Shown here in pieces: positions 10,502 to 20,451 of a stretch of DNA of 64,000 nt (position 1 is the stretch's first letter; each line of letters starts with the position of its first letter). Where the stretch lies: positions 480,001-544,000 of the forward strand of contig CAVTBU010000006.1 of assembly GCA_963733035.1 (NCBI GenBank). The letters are read 5' to 3'. The DNA is from Pirellulales bacterium (GTDB lineage Bacteria > Planctomycetota > Planctomycetia > Pirellulales > PALSA-1355). Position numbers and translations under genes: made by a program. A model generated the notes under the pieces. It was not told where the DNA came from, ran no database searches, and saw nothing but the letters and a program-made list of their open reading frames with translations.

Positions 10502-11794
10502 ATGGCGACACTCCCGTCGGTTTTCCGCCTGCGACAAAAATTCGACGCGCCGCGGGTCGAGGACATTTCCGGGGAAGTTGCGCGCCAACTTGCGGGGTTG
10601 CGGCTCCAGGACACAATTCGTCCGGAACAAAGTGTCGCTATCACGGCGGGTAGCCGAGGGATCGCCAATATTCGAGTGATCACCAAGGCGGTTGTCGACC
10701 ATATGAAGCGTTTGGGCGCCAAGCCTTTCATCGTACCGGCCATGGGAAGTCACGGAGGCGGAACGGCCGAGGGTCAGCGGCAGGTGCTCAACTCGTACGG
10801 CATCACCGAGGACTATTGCGGCTGTCCGATTCGTTCGAGCATGGAGACGGTTGTTGTCTGCCAGACCGCCGAGGGGTTTGATGTCCATTTCGACCGTCAC
10901 GCCTTCGAGGCTGATCACGTGCTGGTTTGCAACCGCATCAAGCCCCATACCGGCTTCGTCGGGGATATCGAAAGTGGCTTAATGAAAATGATGCTCATCG
11001 GGCTGGGCAAGCACGAGGGGGCAAAAATCTATCATCGCGCGATTCAAGATCATAGCTTCGGCCAAATCGTTCGTAGCGTTGCGGGGCGGGTGCTTGAGTC
11101 GTGCCGAGTGGCTGGTGGCCTGGCGATCGTCGAGAACCCCTACGATCAAACGGCGCATCTGGAGGCCGTCGCGCCGGCGAATTTCGAAACTCGCGAGAAG
11201 GAACTGCTGGTGATGGCCAAAAGGTTGCTGCCGCGATTGCCGTTTGAGCAGATCGATTTGCTGATCATCGACGAGATTGGCAAAAACATCAGTGGCACTG
11301 GCATGGACACGAACGTCGTCGGCCGCAAGTTTCACGAACATCGCGCCGCCAAGAACGAGTTTCCCAAGATCAAACGTATCATGGTGCGCGGCTTGACTGA
11401 GGCGACGCACGGCAACGCGTCGGGTATCGGACTCGTCGAGTTTGTCACCAGTCGGGCACTCGCGCAAACGGACATGCGGAAGACGCGGATCAATTGCATC
11501 ACGGCTGGGCACGTTTCCGCGGCCATGATTCCGATCGACCTGCCGACCGACCGCGAAACGATCGAAACCGCCCTTACGACACTAGGCTTGGTGTCGCCCG
11601 CGGAGACGAAGATAATTTGGATTCGCAATACGCTGGACTTGGGCGAGGTGGAATGTTCCCAGGTCTATCTCGACGAAGCCCGCGAGCGCGAAGACTTGGA
11701 GATCCTCACGCCGCTTCGTGCGATGCCGTTCGATGCCGCCGGGAACCTACCGGACGACGGCGTGCAAGCCTTCGCGAACCTTGGTTCCCGTTAG
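10502..11794 (+). CDS. Lactate racemase (LarA) N-terminal-like / DUF362-DUF2088 family protein
   Basis: Motifs VAITAGSRGIAN, PAMGSHGG, NRIKPHT, ESGLMKM..IGLGKH and GKNISGTGMDTNVVGR match this conserved family. Confidence 0.7.
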   Translation: MATLPSVFRLRQKFDAPRVEDISGEVARQLAGLRLQDTIRPEQSVAITAGSRGIANIRVITKAVVDHMKRLGAKPFIVPAMGSHGGGTAEGQRQVLNSYGITEDYCGCPIRSSMETVVVCQTAEGFDVHFDRHAFEADHVLVCNRIKPHTGFVGDIESGLMKMMLIGLGKHEGAKIYHRAIQDHSFGQIVRSVAGRVLESCRVAGGLAIVENPYDQTAHLEAVAPANFETREKELLVMAKRLLPRLPFEQIDLLIIDEIGKNISGTGMDTNVVGRKFHEHRAAKNEFPKIKRIMVRGLTEATHGNASGIGLVEFVTSRALAQTDMRKTRINCITAGHVSAAMIPIDLPTDRETIETALTTLGLVSPAETKIIWIRNTLDLGEVECSQVYLDEAREREDLEILTPLRAMPFDAAGNLPDDGVQAFANLGSR

Positions 11795-14700
11795 TCGCCG
11801 ATATCAGGTTCCTTACGAGCTTTGATCGTGCGCTGCTTCGCTTTGAGCAGGCGGGCAGTGTAGCCTTCTTCTTCGACCTGCGGCGCTAGACCTTGGCCGT
11901 GCGTGGACTTGAGCGTGCGGGGTTCCGTGGCGACGGCCACTGCTTCTCCGCTAAGTTCGGACGCGCCCTCTGTTTCTGGCTCGAACCGCGCGGCAGCGCG
12001 GCGATCTTCGAGTTGTTGATCGATTTCGGCCTTGCGGGTCTGCAGGCGTTCGAGCGAGCGCGGTTCTTCGATGGCTTGCTGCCGGCGTGTCAAATACTGA
12101 CCGATCCGGCGGAACGTGGCCGGCAACCAGGCAAAGCTAACGATCACTCTGCGGTTGAACACGTCGAACAAAAACAGGCAGCCGGCTGCAAGCGCTAGTA
12201 AATGCCAGCTATCCTGGCGGCTAGTGGCCTGCTGCAGATCGTGACGAAAGACGTTGGTCGCCAGCGCCCTATCAAGATCTTCGCCGGCTTGTCGTTCCTC
12301 CAGCACCTCTCCTGGTTTTCCGCCCCTGGGCGTGAGCGAAGCCAGGTTGCGGAGCATCTGCGGATTGCTCTGGCGATCGTTAAACTCGGCCGAATAGGGT
12401 ACGTTGACTCCCGCCCGCACGGGCGCCTGATTCGGACCCGCGACGATCGAGAGAAAGTAGCTACCCGGCTGGGTTGCCGGCACACGGGTTACGTATCGTC
12501 CCGGGGCGGTCTGTTCGAGCTTCAAATCGACCGCGTCGATATGCGGGCCGAGTAGCGTACCGCCGAGGTCGAGAAAATTGAGGAACTGATCGTCCTTGTC
12601 GAGTGCCGTCACGACGATCTGAATCTGGCCATCCTGCACTTCGGCAAAGACGTCGAGGGAGCCTTGCTTGTCCGTCGGCCGCATCGTCCAGCGAACCATT
12701 TGCGTAAAGAATTGCTCGTAACCAGACCACTCCGGCCAGGTCTTGGTCCAGCGCTGCCCGGCATCGGTGGTGAACGCCACGGCTCGCCCCAGTCCGTATT
12801 GCCAAGTTGCCAGCAACGAATTCTGATTGCCAGACGGCCGCGGCGACACGATGGGGATCTCGACCAACGGGCTGTCCTTGGGACTGGTCATCACGAACCC
12901 GGTCATGGGCGGCAGCGTCCCTTCGATGCCGTCCAGAATCTCGTGACTTGCCACGCGCTGCGGCGAAATACCTTGAACGTCTTCAAAAATCACCGGCCGT
13001 GCGACCCGCATCGCTTCTTTCATAAAGATGCGGGGAATCGTTCGCGGGTTGTCGACCAGGTAGTATTTTCCGCCGCCCGTGCGGGCAATGTCGTTGAGCA
13101 ATTGGACCGCCGCATCCGCTCCGACTGCCACGGTGCTCGTGGTGATCTTTTGCTGACGGGCGACCTGGGCCATATAGGTGAAATTGCTGCCATGCGTTTG
13201 GCCGTCGGTGAGCACAATCATGTGCTTCACGGCGGCGTCCACCTTCCGCAAAGCCATGTAACCTTGAGCCATGCCCGGTTCCATGTCTGTGCCGCCACCG
13301 GATTCGAGTCGGGCAATGCGGCGAAAAATCGTCTCCGCGTTGTTGATCTTCGTCGTCGGCACAATCCAGTGCGCCGCCGAATCGAATGACACGACTCCCA
13401 CCGAATCGTCATGGCCCAACACCCGCACGGCCGCAATAGCGGCCGCTTTGCTTAGCTCGAGCTTCTCGCCAGACATCGAGCCGGAGCTGTCGATCACCAG
13501 CATCAAGGCTCCGCTTGGCACCACCTTGGCGTTCTTCACTTGGAAGTTGACCGGCATGGCCTCTTCGAGTGCCGTGTTGGTCCAGCCGCCGGCACCGAAA
13601 CTGTCGGGTCCACCCAGCACCAATAGCCCGCTCCCCATATGCTGGGTGTTTTGCGCCAGTATTTCGATTTGTTCGTCGCTGAAGGTAACGAGCTGGTCCG
13701 CGGCGTCACCCGTTGTGCGGGCTACGTCGCCTAGGATTACCAGGTCGAAGCGTTGCAACTCGGCCAGACTCGTGAACAGCCGGTTGCTCGGCTGGACGAC
13801 GACCTCCAGCTGGTGCCGACCGAACAGCTCGACAAGTTCACGGAACTTGCCTGGCTTGGCGAAATCTTCGATCAACAGCACTTGTCCGCGACCTCGAACG
13901 TGTGTGAACGCCGTGGCCTCATTGTTCTCGACGAGCGAGTCGCCCTTCGGGTCGTCGGGTACAAACCGTGCCGAGTAAGTGTAAAAGTCCGGTCGGGCAA
14001 TTTCTTCCTGAAACGAAAGCACCTGTTTGCCGGGGGCAAGCGTTACTGGGCGATCTGCGAGCGTCTGGGTTTGGCCGCTTGCCGTTCGGCTGATACGGAG
14101 GCGTCCGTTGACCGCTGTCGCTTCAGCGTCTCCAGAGTTGTTGTTGAGGACAACGCGGGCTTCGAAAGGTGTGCCCTGGCGAATGTCTTGCGGCAGCGCG
14201 ATCTTTTCGACCGACACTTCGCGCTGTCCCCCACGTTCCAACGGAAGGACATCGATCCCGATTCCCAGTTCAGCAAGTTGTTGAGCCTGCGCTTGGGCAT
14301 CGCCGAGGTTCTCGTTGCCGTCACTAATGATCACCACGCGTTTGGCCGCGTCGGCGGGAAACACCGCTTGAGCCAAACGCAAGGCGGCAGCCAGATTCGT
14401 GGCCTCACCGTCAACATCGCTTTCGAATCGGGCCGGTAAATGCCTACTGCCGGCCAGCGGCGGCGATTCGACTGCGGCTTCACGTCCAAAGACGATTACT
14501 CCGGCACGGTCCTCATGCTTGCGGTCTGACTGCGATTCGGTGGCGCGTTGAATGTATTGAACAACTTGGCTTGCCGTGTCGGCGGGTATGCTGGCCGATC
14601 GATCCACGACATAGAGCACGGCCACGCGATCGCTCGTTCGCACAAGTTGGATTTCGGCCAACGCCGCCACTAGCAGCAATACCAGCACCGTTCGCACGCC

Positions 14701-14829
14701 TAGCGCCGTCCAGCGCCGCCACGCGCCAAGTCCAGCGAGACTATGTCGACCGATCCACCACAAGACCGGCAGCACAGCCAGCAAGAGCAGATAGGAAGGC
14801 CGATCAAAAGCGAGTCGATAATCGAGCAT
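11791..14829 (-). CDS. Membrane-anchored VWA domain protein with a glutamine amidotransferase-like domain
   Basis: BatA-like N-terminal TM pair; two MIDAS motifs (VDRSAS, IDSSGS); GGPDSFGAGGW GATase1-like segment; C-terminal TM. Start placed at ATG 14829 to avoid overlap. Confidence 0.8.
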   Translation of the reverse strand: MLDYRLAFDRPSYLLLLAVLPVLWWIGRHSLAGLGAWRRWTALGVRTVLVLLLVAALAEIQLVRTSDRVAVLYVVDRSASIPADTASQVVQYIQRATESQSDRKHEDRAGVIVFGREAAVESPPLAGSRHLPARFESDVDGEATNLAAALRLAQAVFPADAAKRVVIISDGNENLGDAQAQAQQLAELGIGIDVLPLERGGQREVSVEKIALPQDIRQGTPFEARVVLNNNSGDAEATAVNGRLRISRTASGQTQTLADRPVTLAPGKQVLSFQEEIARPDFYTYSARFVPDDPKGDSLVENNEATAFTHVRGRGQVLLIEDFAKPGKFRELVELFGRHQLEVVVQPSNRLFTSLAELQRFDLVILGDVARTTGDAADQLVTFSDEQIEILAQNTQHMGSGLLVLGGPDSFGAGGWTNTALEEAMPVNFQVKNAKVVPSGALMLVIDSSGSMSGEKLELSKAAAIAAVRVLGHDDSVGVVSFDSAAHWIVPTTKINNAETIFRRIARLESGGGTDMEPGMAQGYMALRKVDAAVKHMIVLTDGQTHGSNFTYMAQVARQQKITTSTVAVGADAAVQLLNDIARTGGGKYYLVDNPRTIPRIFMKEAMRVARPVIFEDVQGISPQRVASHEILDGIEGTLPPMTGFVMTSPKDSPLVEIPIVSPRPSGNQNSLLATWQYGLGRAVAFTTDAGQRWTKTWPEWSGYEQFFTQMVRWTMRPTDKQGSLDVFAEVQDGQIQIVVTALDKDDQFLNFLDLGGTLLGPHIDAVDLKLEQTAPGRYVTRVPATQPGSYFLSIVAGPNQAPVRAGVNVPYSAEFNDRQSNPQMLRNLASLTPRGGKPGEVLEERQAGEDLDRALATNVFRHDLQQATSRQDSWHLLALAAGCLFLFDVFNRRVIVSFAWLPATFRRIGQYLTRRQQAIEEPRSLERLQTRKAEIDQQLEDRRAAARFEPETEGASELSGEAVAVATEPRTLKSTHGQGLAPQVEEEGYTARLLKAKQRTIKARKEPDIGD

Positions 14830-14906
14830 CGCGGCCACTCGCGAGGATTCCGGGGCCACTGGACGACCTGCCAATGCGGCAAGTTCACAATCTCGATTGT
14901 ATCCGA

Positions 14907-17147
14907 CTAGAGGTGGAAGTTGAACGTGCGCATCAGCCACCGCCACGCCCGTTTTCCCAGCGGTTGCCATTCGGCCGAGACGCGCGCCGTGCCGCTTAAA
15001 CCTTGCACGAGGGCCCCCGTGTCGTCGTCAATTTCGGCCCGGGCCTGATACGACGTGTTAATGGGGCGTTCGACACCCGTGGAATCCTGCTTGCTCATCA
15101 GGCTACCGCCGGATTTGCTGGACATTTGTCGGCTGGTAAATTCCATTTCGGGGCCAATCTCGACTAGGGTTGAGTCAAATGTGCGATTTGGGAGCGATTC
15201 GAATTTGATTTTGACTTCTTGGCCCTCATGGATGAACTCAATCTCGTCCTGATCGATTACGATATTCGCTTCCCACTTGGTGGGATCGCCGATTTGGCAA
15301 TAGAGCGCGGGCGGTTCGAGGAAAGCCCCCACATTCGACTGCTCCAGTGGGCTGCCGCTCCAAGTTGGCAGCTGTTTATCGCCTGGGTCAGGACGCTTCG
15401 CGACCGACGGCGGTGGCAGCACGGTACCCGACACCGGCGCGATCAGCTTCAAACGCTCCCGATCTTCGAGCCGTTGCGAGAGCAGCTTTTCCGAGGCGTC
15501 GAGAGCCTTCTCAAGTGCCGGTAGCGTCAGGCTGGCTGTCGCGTTCGAAACTTCGAACTGTTCGTGCTTGAGCACTTCCAGGTGAATTCGGTCTTGAGCC
15601 ACATTGGACTGCAACTCGTTGATCTCTAATTCCAGTGGAATGCTGTTCAGTTGCGCCAGTTCCTGGTCCTTGACGACTTTCTGGCCGGATTTCACATCGA
15701 TTTTTTCCAGGAGTCCCGGCACTTGCACGTATACCGCCTCGGCGTCACGCGGCTTGAGTTCCAGCGGGCACATCACTCGGTACGGCAGGGGGACGAACAT
15801 GATCAAGGCGGCCACGACCGCCAGAATGCTTAGCGTGGCGTAGACATTCTTGCGTTTCACTTTGTGAAGCCTTCCGGGAACGTAGAAGAACTTACCGACC
15901 TTATAGATAGGTACGACCACCAGACTGCCCATCGAGACGACCGCCAGCATCTGGCTCAGAATCTTCAAATCGTACGGCTCGAGTACCTTGTACAGAAAAA
16001 ACAAAATGCCAAACAGCACGAGCCATTTGTAGATCGAGGCCGCCACCGTATAGAGTGCGAAGAACACCTGGTTCCGTTGCGGGAGAAACGGATCCTCAGG
16101 CTCCTCCAGTCCCAGGCACCAGGCGCCCAGCTTGCGGTTGAGAATCTGGCTGGCCTTTTGCCGCAGATTTGGGATTTCCGTGAGGTCCGACAGGATGTAA
16201 TAGCCGTCGTACCGCAGCAGCGGATTCGCATTGAAAATGAGAGTACTCACCGAGCAGACGAACATCGTGCTCAGCGCCAACTGATGGAGCATGCCCGGTG
16301 TACTGAACCACCACAGATACGTGCAGATCGACGCGATCACGATTTCGAAGTACATTCCCGCGGCACCGATGGCCGCACGATGCCACTTGTTGGGCAACAT
16401 CCAAGAGTCCGAGACGTTGCAATACAAGCAGGGCGTGAGCACCAGCAGCATGACGCCCATTTCATGGCATTCGCCGCCAAAATGCTTGCAGCTCAGGCCA
16501 TGACCAAATTCGTGAATCACCTTGGTTACGGCCAACGTCACGCCCAAATAGATCCAGTTCTTGGCTTCGAAAAACTGGTGGAACGTCGGTAGCTTTTGTT
16601 GGAACGTATCGAACTGCACCAGTACCAACAACAATGCCGAGAGTGCGAATAGCAAACAACAAACTAACGCCGTCCTGGTGAAGAACCAGAGCATCTTTGG
16701 GTGGAGCCAGTTGAGAATACGTTCGGGGTCGATGCCTTTGAAACGCATCGCCAGAACGTTGCTGGCCGCACCGGCAAATTCTTTCCACTTGCGCTCGGTG
16801 TTCCGCTTGCGGAGCTGTTTGCCCTGGCCAGGCACATTGGCGATGACCAGCCCGCTGCGATGCAGCATGCCCACGAACTGGCCCAGTTCCTCGACTGTGA
16901 TCTTTTGCGGTGGAAAGCGGCGTTCGAATTCGACCTTGATTTCATCGAGGCTCGTTTCACCGTCAAGCATCTGCAAGATCGCGTACTCTTCTTCCTGGAA
17001 ACGGAAGTACTTCAGGCCCACGGGCTCCTTGATCACCCAATAAACCTGACCCAGGTAGCGATGCTGCGCCGCAGATAGGTCCGGGCGCATCCGCAGTTTC
17101 ATCGCCCGCGCGGAACTGGAAACGAGACTATCGGCCAAACTGACCAT
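14907..17147 (-). CDS. PqqD/RRE-like domain + M50 (site-2) zinc metallopeptidase + HlyD-type membrane fusion protein
   Basis: HEFGH (HExxH) and NANPLLRYDGY (NxxPxxxxDG) within TM segments; N-terminal winged-helix-like segment (YFRFQEEEYAILQMLDGETSL...LHRSGLV); C-terminal lipoyl halves flanking a coiled coil. Confidence 0.85.
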   Translation of the reverse strand: MVSLADSLVSSSARAMKLRMRPDLSAAQHRYLGQVYWVIKEPVGLKYFRFQEEEYAILQMLDGETSLDEIKVEFERRFPPQKITVEELGQFVGMLHRSGLVIANVPGQGKQLRKRNTERKWKEFAGAASNVLAMRFKGIDPERILNWLHPKMLWFFTRTALVCCLLFALSALLLVLVQFDTFQQKLPTFHQFFEAKNWIYLGVTLAVTKVIHEFGHGLSCKHFGGECHEMGVMLLVLTPCLYCNVSDSWMLPNKWHRAAIGAAGMYFEIVIASICTYLWWFSTPGMLHQLALSTMFVCSVSTLIFNANPLLRYDGYYILSDLTEIPNLRQKASQILNRKLGAWCLGLEEPEDPFLPQRNQVFFALYTVAASIYKWLVLFGILFFLYKVLEPYDLKILSQMLAVVSMGSLVVVPIYKVGKFFYVPGRLHKVKRKNVYATLSILAVVAALIMFVPLPYRVMCPLELKPRDAEAVYVQVPGLLEKIDVKSGQKVVKDQELAQLNSIPLELEINELQSNVAQDRIHLEVLKHEQFEVSNATASLTLPALEKALDASEKLLSQRLEDRERLKLIAPVSGTVLPPPSVAKRPDPGDKQLPTWSGSPLEQSNVGAFLEPPALYCQIGDPTKWEANIVIDQDEIEFIHEGQEVKIKFESLPNRTFDSTLVEIGPEMEFTSRQMSSKSGGSLMSKQDSTGVERPINTSYQARAEIDDDTGALVQGLSGTARVSAEWQPLGKRAWRWLMRTFNFHL

Positions 17148-17197
17148 GTTCGACTCAACGGGTGCAAAGCTTCAGGGTGCCGTCGAATACGAGGGCT

Positions 17198-18130
17198 CTA
17201 GTTACGTTGCCCACGCGATGCAGCGGGATGAACCGGTGCCTTCCGTGGCGTGGCCGCAACCGGCCGGCTGACGTGGATCGTCATCGACGCTTTGAGGCCG
17301 GCACGAACCACGGGCAAATCGTTCTCCATCGTCGCGTCGATCTCCGCATAGACCGGCAGGTGTCCAAGCGTCACGACGGGGCTCACGTAGGTTACCGTGC
17401 CGGGAACCTTAATTGCGCGGCCGCGAGGAAGTTGCACTTCCACCGTCACGTCGCGACCCGCGATGTCTGTCGGGCCCCACTGACTGGCGTCTAGATTGCC
17501 CATTACGCGAAGCCGCTTGATGCCGACCACTTGCACTACAGGTTCGCCTGAGGCCACCCACTCTCCTGGCTTCTTGATGACGCTTGTGATTACCCCGTCA
17601 AACGGGGCGCGCAAGATCCGCCGGTCGAGCGCCACCTGGGCGGCGCCCACTTCGGCTTTCTTGGCCTTTGCGGTCAACTGGTTTTCGATTTGCTCTTCCA
17701 TCGTCTGCTCGGTTGCCAACTCAGCTTTCTTGAGTTCGAGCTTCGATTTCAATATGTCGATGTGGCTTACCGTGCCGGGAGCGCGGCGGTTGGCTTCCTC
17801 ATATTGTCTAAGTGCGGCCTGGGCCACGTCGGCCGCTGCTTTGGCGTGGCGGATGTTGATGTCGCTGTTGGCCTTTTGAGTCGCCGCTTCATATTCGAGT
17901 TGTTTGACGTCCAGGTTGGCTCGGGCCTCGCTCTCATCGATCAGCCCGAGTTCCATCCCGCGCGTGACCTGCATGCCTTCGGAAGCTTTGAGATGCGTAA
18001 GCACTCCGGCGTCGGCTCCGGGGACGTATTGATCGTCGATCGAGGCGATGACACAGTCTTGGATTTGTGGATCGGTGGTTCCGGTCGGATCGGCGGTCAC
18101 CGCCAACATGAGTAGAATCGACGCGAGCAT
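17198..18130 (-). CDS. HlyD/RND-type periplasmic adaptor subunit with signal peptide
   Basis: Hydrophobic N-terminus, lipoyl half-motifs (LRAPFDGVI..KPGEWV..GEPVVQV) and a coiled coil. Confidence 0.85.
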   Translation of the reverse strand: MLASILLMLAVTADPTGTTDPQIQDCVIASIDDQYVPGADAGVLTHLKASEGMQVTRGMELGLIDESEARANLDVKQLEYEAATQKANSDINIRHAKAAADVAQAALRQYEEANRRAPGTVSHIDILKSKLELKKAELATEQTMEEQIENQLTAKAKKAEVGAAQVALDRRILRAPFDGVITSVIKKPGEWVASGEPVVQVVGIKRLRVMGNLDASQWGPTDIAGRDVTVEVQLPRGRAIKVPGTVTYVSPVVTLGHLPVYAEIDATMENDLPVVRAGLKASMTIHVSRPVAATPRKAPVHPAASRGQRN

Positions 18131-18192
18131 GGGATACCTCTCCCTTTCGGTTTTCCCGGAGCGGCGACCGGCTGGTCACCACGCCGCCAAGA

Positions 18193-20211
18193 CTAGAAAA
18201 GTCGGAACAGAATCTTCAATTGCACGAACGTGATCAGGTCATGGAACCACACGTAGCCGAGCGAAGCGCGACCGCAATGGACTTGCGCGGTCACTTCCGC
18301 GCCATCACGGCGAATGGGTACGTCTTGCTTGTTGATGGCCACTCGAATCAGCACCGTGTTTCCCTCTTCGCCGCGGACTTCCGCGCTTTCATGAACTTCT
18401 TTTACCGTGCCTTCGAGCGTGACTCCCGGCTTGGCCTTGGCGGTGTAACTTACCTTCAGTTCGGGACTCAGTTCGGCTTGGGCTTCGGCAATGTAACCCA
18501 TGTCGTTTTCGGGCATTTGCAATTCCAGTTCCCAATCGCCCTGCGGCTCGATCACCGTTAAGAGCTGTTGCCCGGTTTGCACCGGTCGCCGCATCAGCAG
18601 GTCGCGCAGTTTCCAGGTCGCCACCTGGCCGTCCACCGGACTGGTGATGATCAGCTGTTTCTGTTGCTGCTCGAGCAACTTCACCTGTTCTTCGATACTT
18701 CGCACTTGCGAAGCCAAGGCAGCTTGCTTGCCCGCCAGTTCGAAGAAATCATCTTGCCGCGACTTGGTTGGGTGTGCGATTTGCTCATTGACACCTGCCA
18801 GCTGGTCGACCGTTTCCGCCAGTTTGCCGCGGGCCTCGGTGATGTCTCGTTGCAGTTCGCTGTTTTCCAACTCGGCGAGCGGCTGGCCGGCCTCGACCAT
18901 GTCGCCGTGGTCCACAAAGACTTTGACGACGCGGCCGTCGACTTCGGCGAAAACTTGCTTGCGGACAACGGGTTGCAATTTGCCATTGGCAGTCAACTTA
19001 AAGTCGGCTGGCCAGATGAACAGGAAGGCCACGACCACGGCAAGCGCAATGGCCGCGGACGCCGTCCATGGCAATTGCCGGGCTTCGACCAGCCACCGCG
19101 ACTTGCCAATTGCTCGCCAGACGGGCATCAGGAACAAATCGTTGTGTTCCAGTACGTTTGTCAAGGAAAGCGCACTGTGCTCGCTGACGATTTCGATTCG
19201 TTGCGCCAGGCCGTCGCGCGGCCGGCTATCTTCAATCTGCTCGATGATCAGCGCGCCGATGACCCGTGGCGTTGCCATCGGGTCGGTCTTGTCGTGCGGT
19301 TCCTTCAGCGGCACGATCGCCACGGCTTTCGAATGCACTTCGTCGACGTATTCCTGCACGGCCTCCTCGACCTGCGGAGCCATCATCGAAGTGTCGCCCG
19401 TGTACCACACGGTTTCGCCTGTTGCCACCACGCTCTTGGCGAGCCGCGTGAGCAGGGTGATCGTGTTTGATCGCTTGTCAAACGTGTCCTGTCCGCTGAC
19501 GGCCTCGATTTTGGTCTTGCGGCCCCGCGTGATGGCCACACTTACGCGGTCGCATTCGATCAGCCGGCGGCCCTCGTTGGCGATCGTATAGGCTGTTTCG
19601 CGGGGTTCGAGCCCCTGGTGCACGAGCCGGGTGAATTGTTCGAGCTGCGCCCACAGCGCCTGTCGGTCGGTGAAGTGCTGCAACTTTCGCGACTTCAAAT
19701 ACTCACTGGCCAGGTCGCACATCTGCTGCAGGAACCGCAGATAACCACGCTGCACGGTCACGCTGCTGCCGGGGCGTTGGAAGACCTCCATCACACCGGC
19801 CGTTTCGTTGGCTGTCTTCAGAGGCCCGAGGACCAGCAGGTAATCGGTTGGATTCGCTCCGTCTTCCGGGCTTCCGCCGCCGGAGTGCGGAGCCATCAGC
19901 ATCCCTTCGCCGCTGGCGATCACCTTTCTCAAGAGACGACCGTGCTTAACCTGATCGTCTTCGCTCTCGGCCAGCCGAGTCTCGCGGAGGTTGATTTGGT
20001 ATTCGAGCGAAAGTTGCCCGGTCTCGGTCACCGTCCAGACGGCGCCGCCGACTGCCGCCAGAGCCGTCACGACACGGTTGAGCACGGCATCGTAAAACTC
20101 TTGTGGAGAGACATCGCTCTTGGCAATCTGGGCAATTTCGCGCACCAGATTGCGAATCTGCTGCTTTGTCTGTTCGACGAGCTCAGGATCGACGGATTGT
20201 TCGGTGCTCAT
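18193..20211 (-). CDS. GAF-domain-containing HlyD family membrane fusion protein
   Basis: N-terminal GAF-like regions (LIECDRVSVAI, AIVPL...IGALIIE), one TM (AAIALAVVVAFLFIWP), then AEVDGRV..V.HGD.V..GQ.L and SPVDGQV adaptor motifs. Confidence 0.85.
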   Translation of the reverse strand: MSTEQSVDPELVEQTKQQIRNLVREIAQIAKSDVSPQEFYDAVLNRVVTALAAVGGAVWTVTETGQLSLEYQINLRETRLAESEDDQVKHGRLLRKVIASGEGMLMAPHSGGGSPEDGANPTDYLLVLGPLKTANETAGVMEVFQRPGSSVTVQRGYLRFLQQMCDLASEYLKSRKLQHFTDRQALWAQLEQFTRLVHQGLEPRETAYTIANEGRRLIECDRVSVAITRGRKTKIEAVSGQDTFDKRSNTITLLTRLAKSVVATGETVWYTGDTSMMAPQVEEAVQEYVDEVHSKAVAIVPLKEPHDKTDPMATPRVIGALIIEQIEDSRPRDGLAQRIEIVSEHSALSLTNVLEHNDLFLMPVWRAIGKSRWLVEARQLPWTASAAIALAVVVAFLFIWPADFKLTANGKLQPVVRKQVFAEVDGRVVKVFVDHGDMVEAGQPLAELENSELQRDITEARGKLAETVDQLAGVNEQIAHPTKSRQDDFFELAGKQAALASQVRSIEEQVKLLEQQQKQLIITSPVDGQVATWKLRDLLMRRPVQTGQQLLTVIEPQGDWELELQMPENDMGYIAEAQAELSPELKVSYTAKAKPGVTLEGTVKEVHESAEVRGEEGNTVLIRVAINKQDVPIRRDGAEVTAQVHCGRASLGYVWFHDLITFVQLKILFRLF

Positions 20212-20451
20212 GCGGGCTCAGAAGGGGCAAATGATGGCATTGCGACGCCGATTCGGCGGAAATTCCCAAGAAGGTCTGCCGCGAGACGGCCGTTCGGCGA
20301 CCTATCTTTTAAACCTAGCTTGTGTTACGTCATTTCGAGTGAGTTCGTTCACGGCCAGACCCAGTCGGGCATGGGCCGGCGAGGAGGCCCCACGGTGCCG
20401 AAAGTACAACCAACGAAAAGGCAATTGTCGTAGCACCCCAACGCAATCGTC

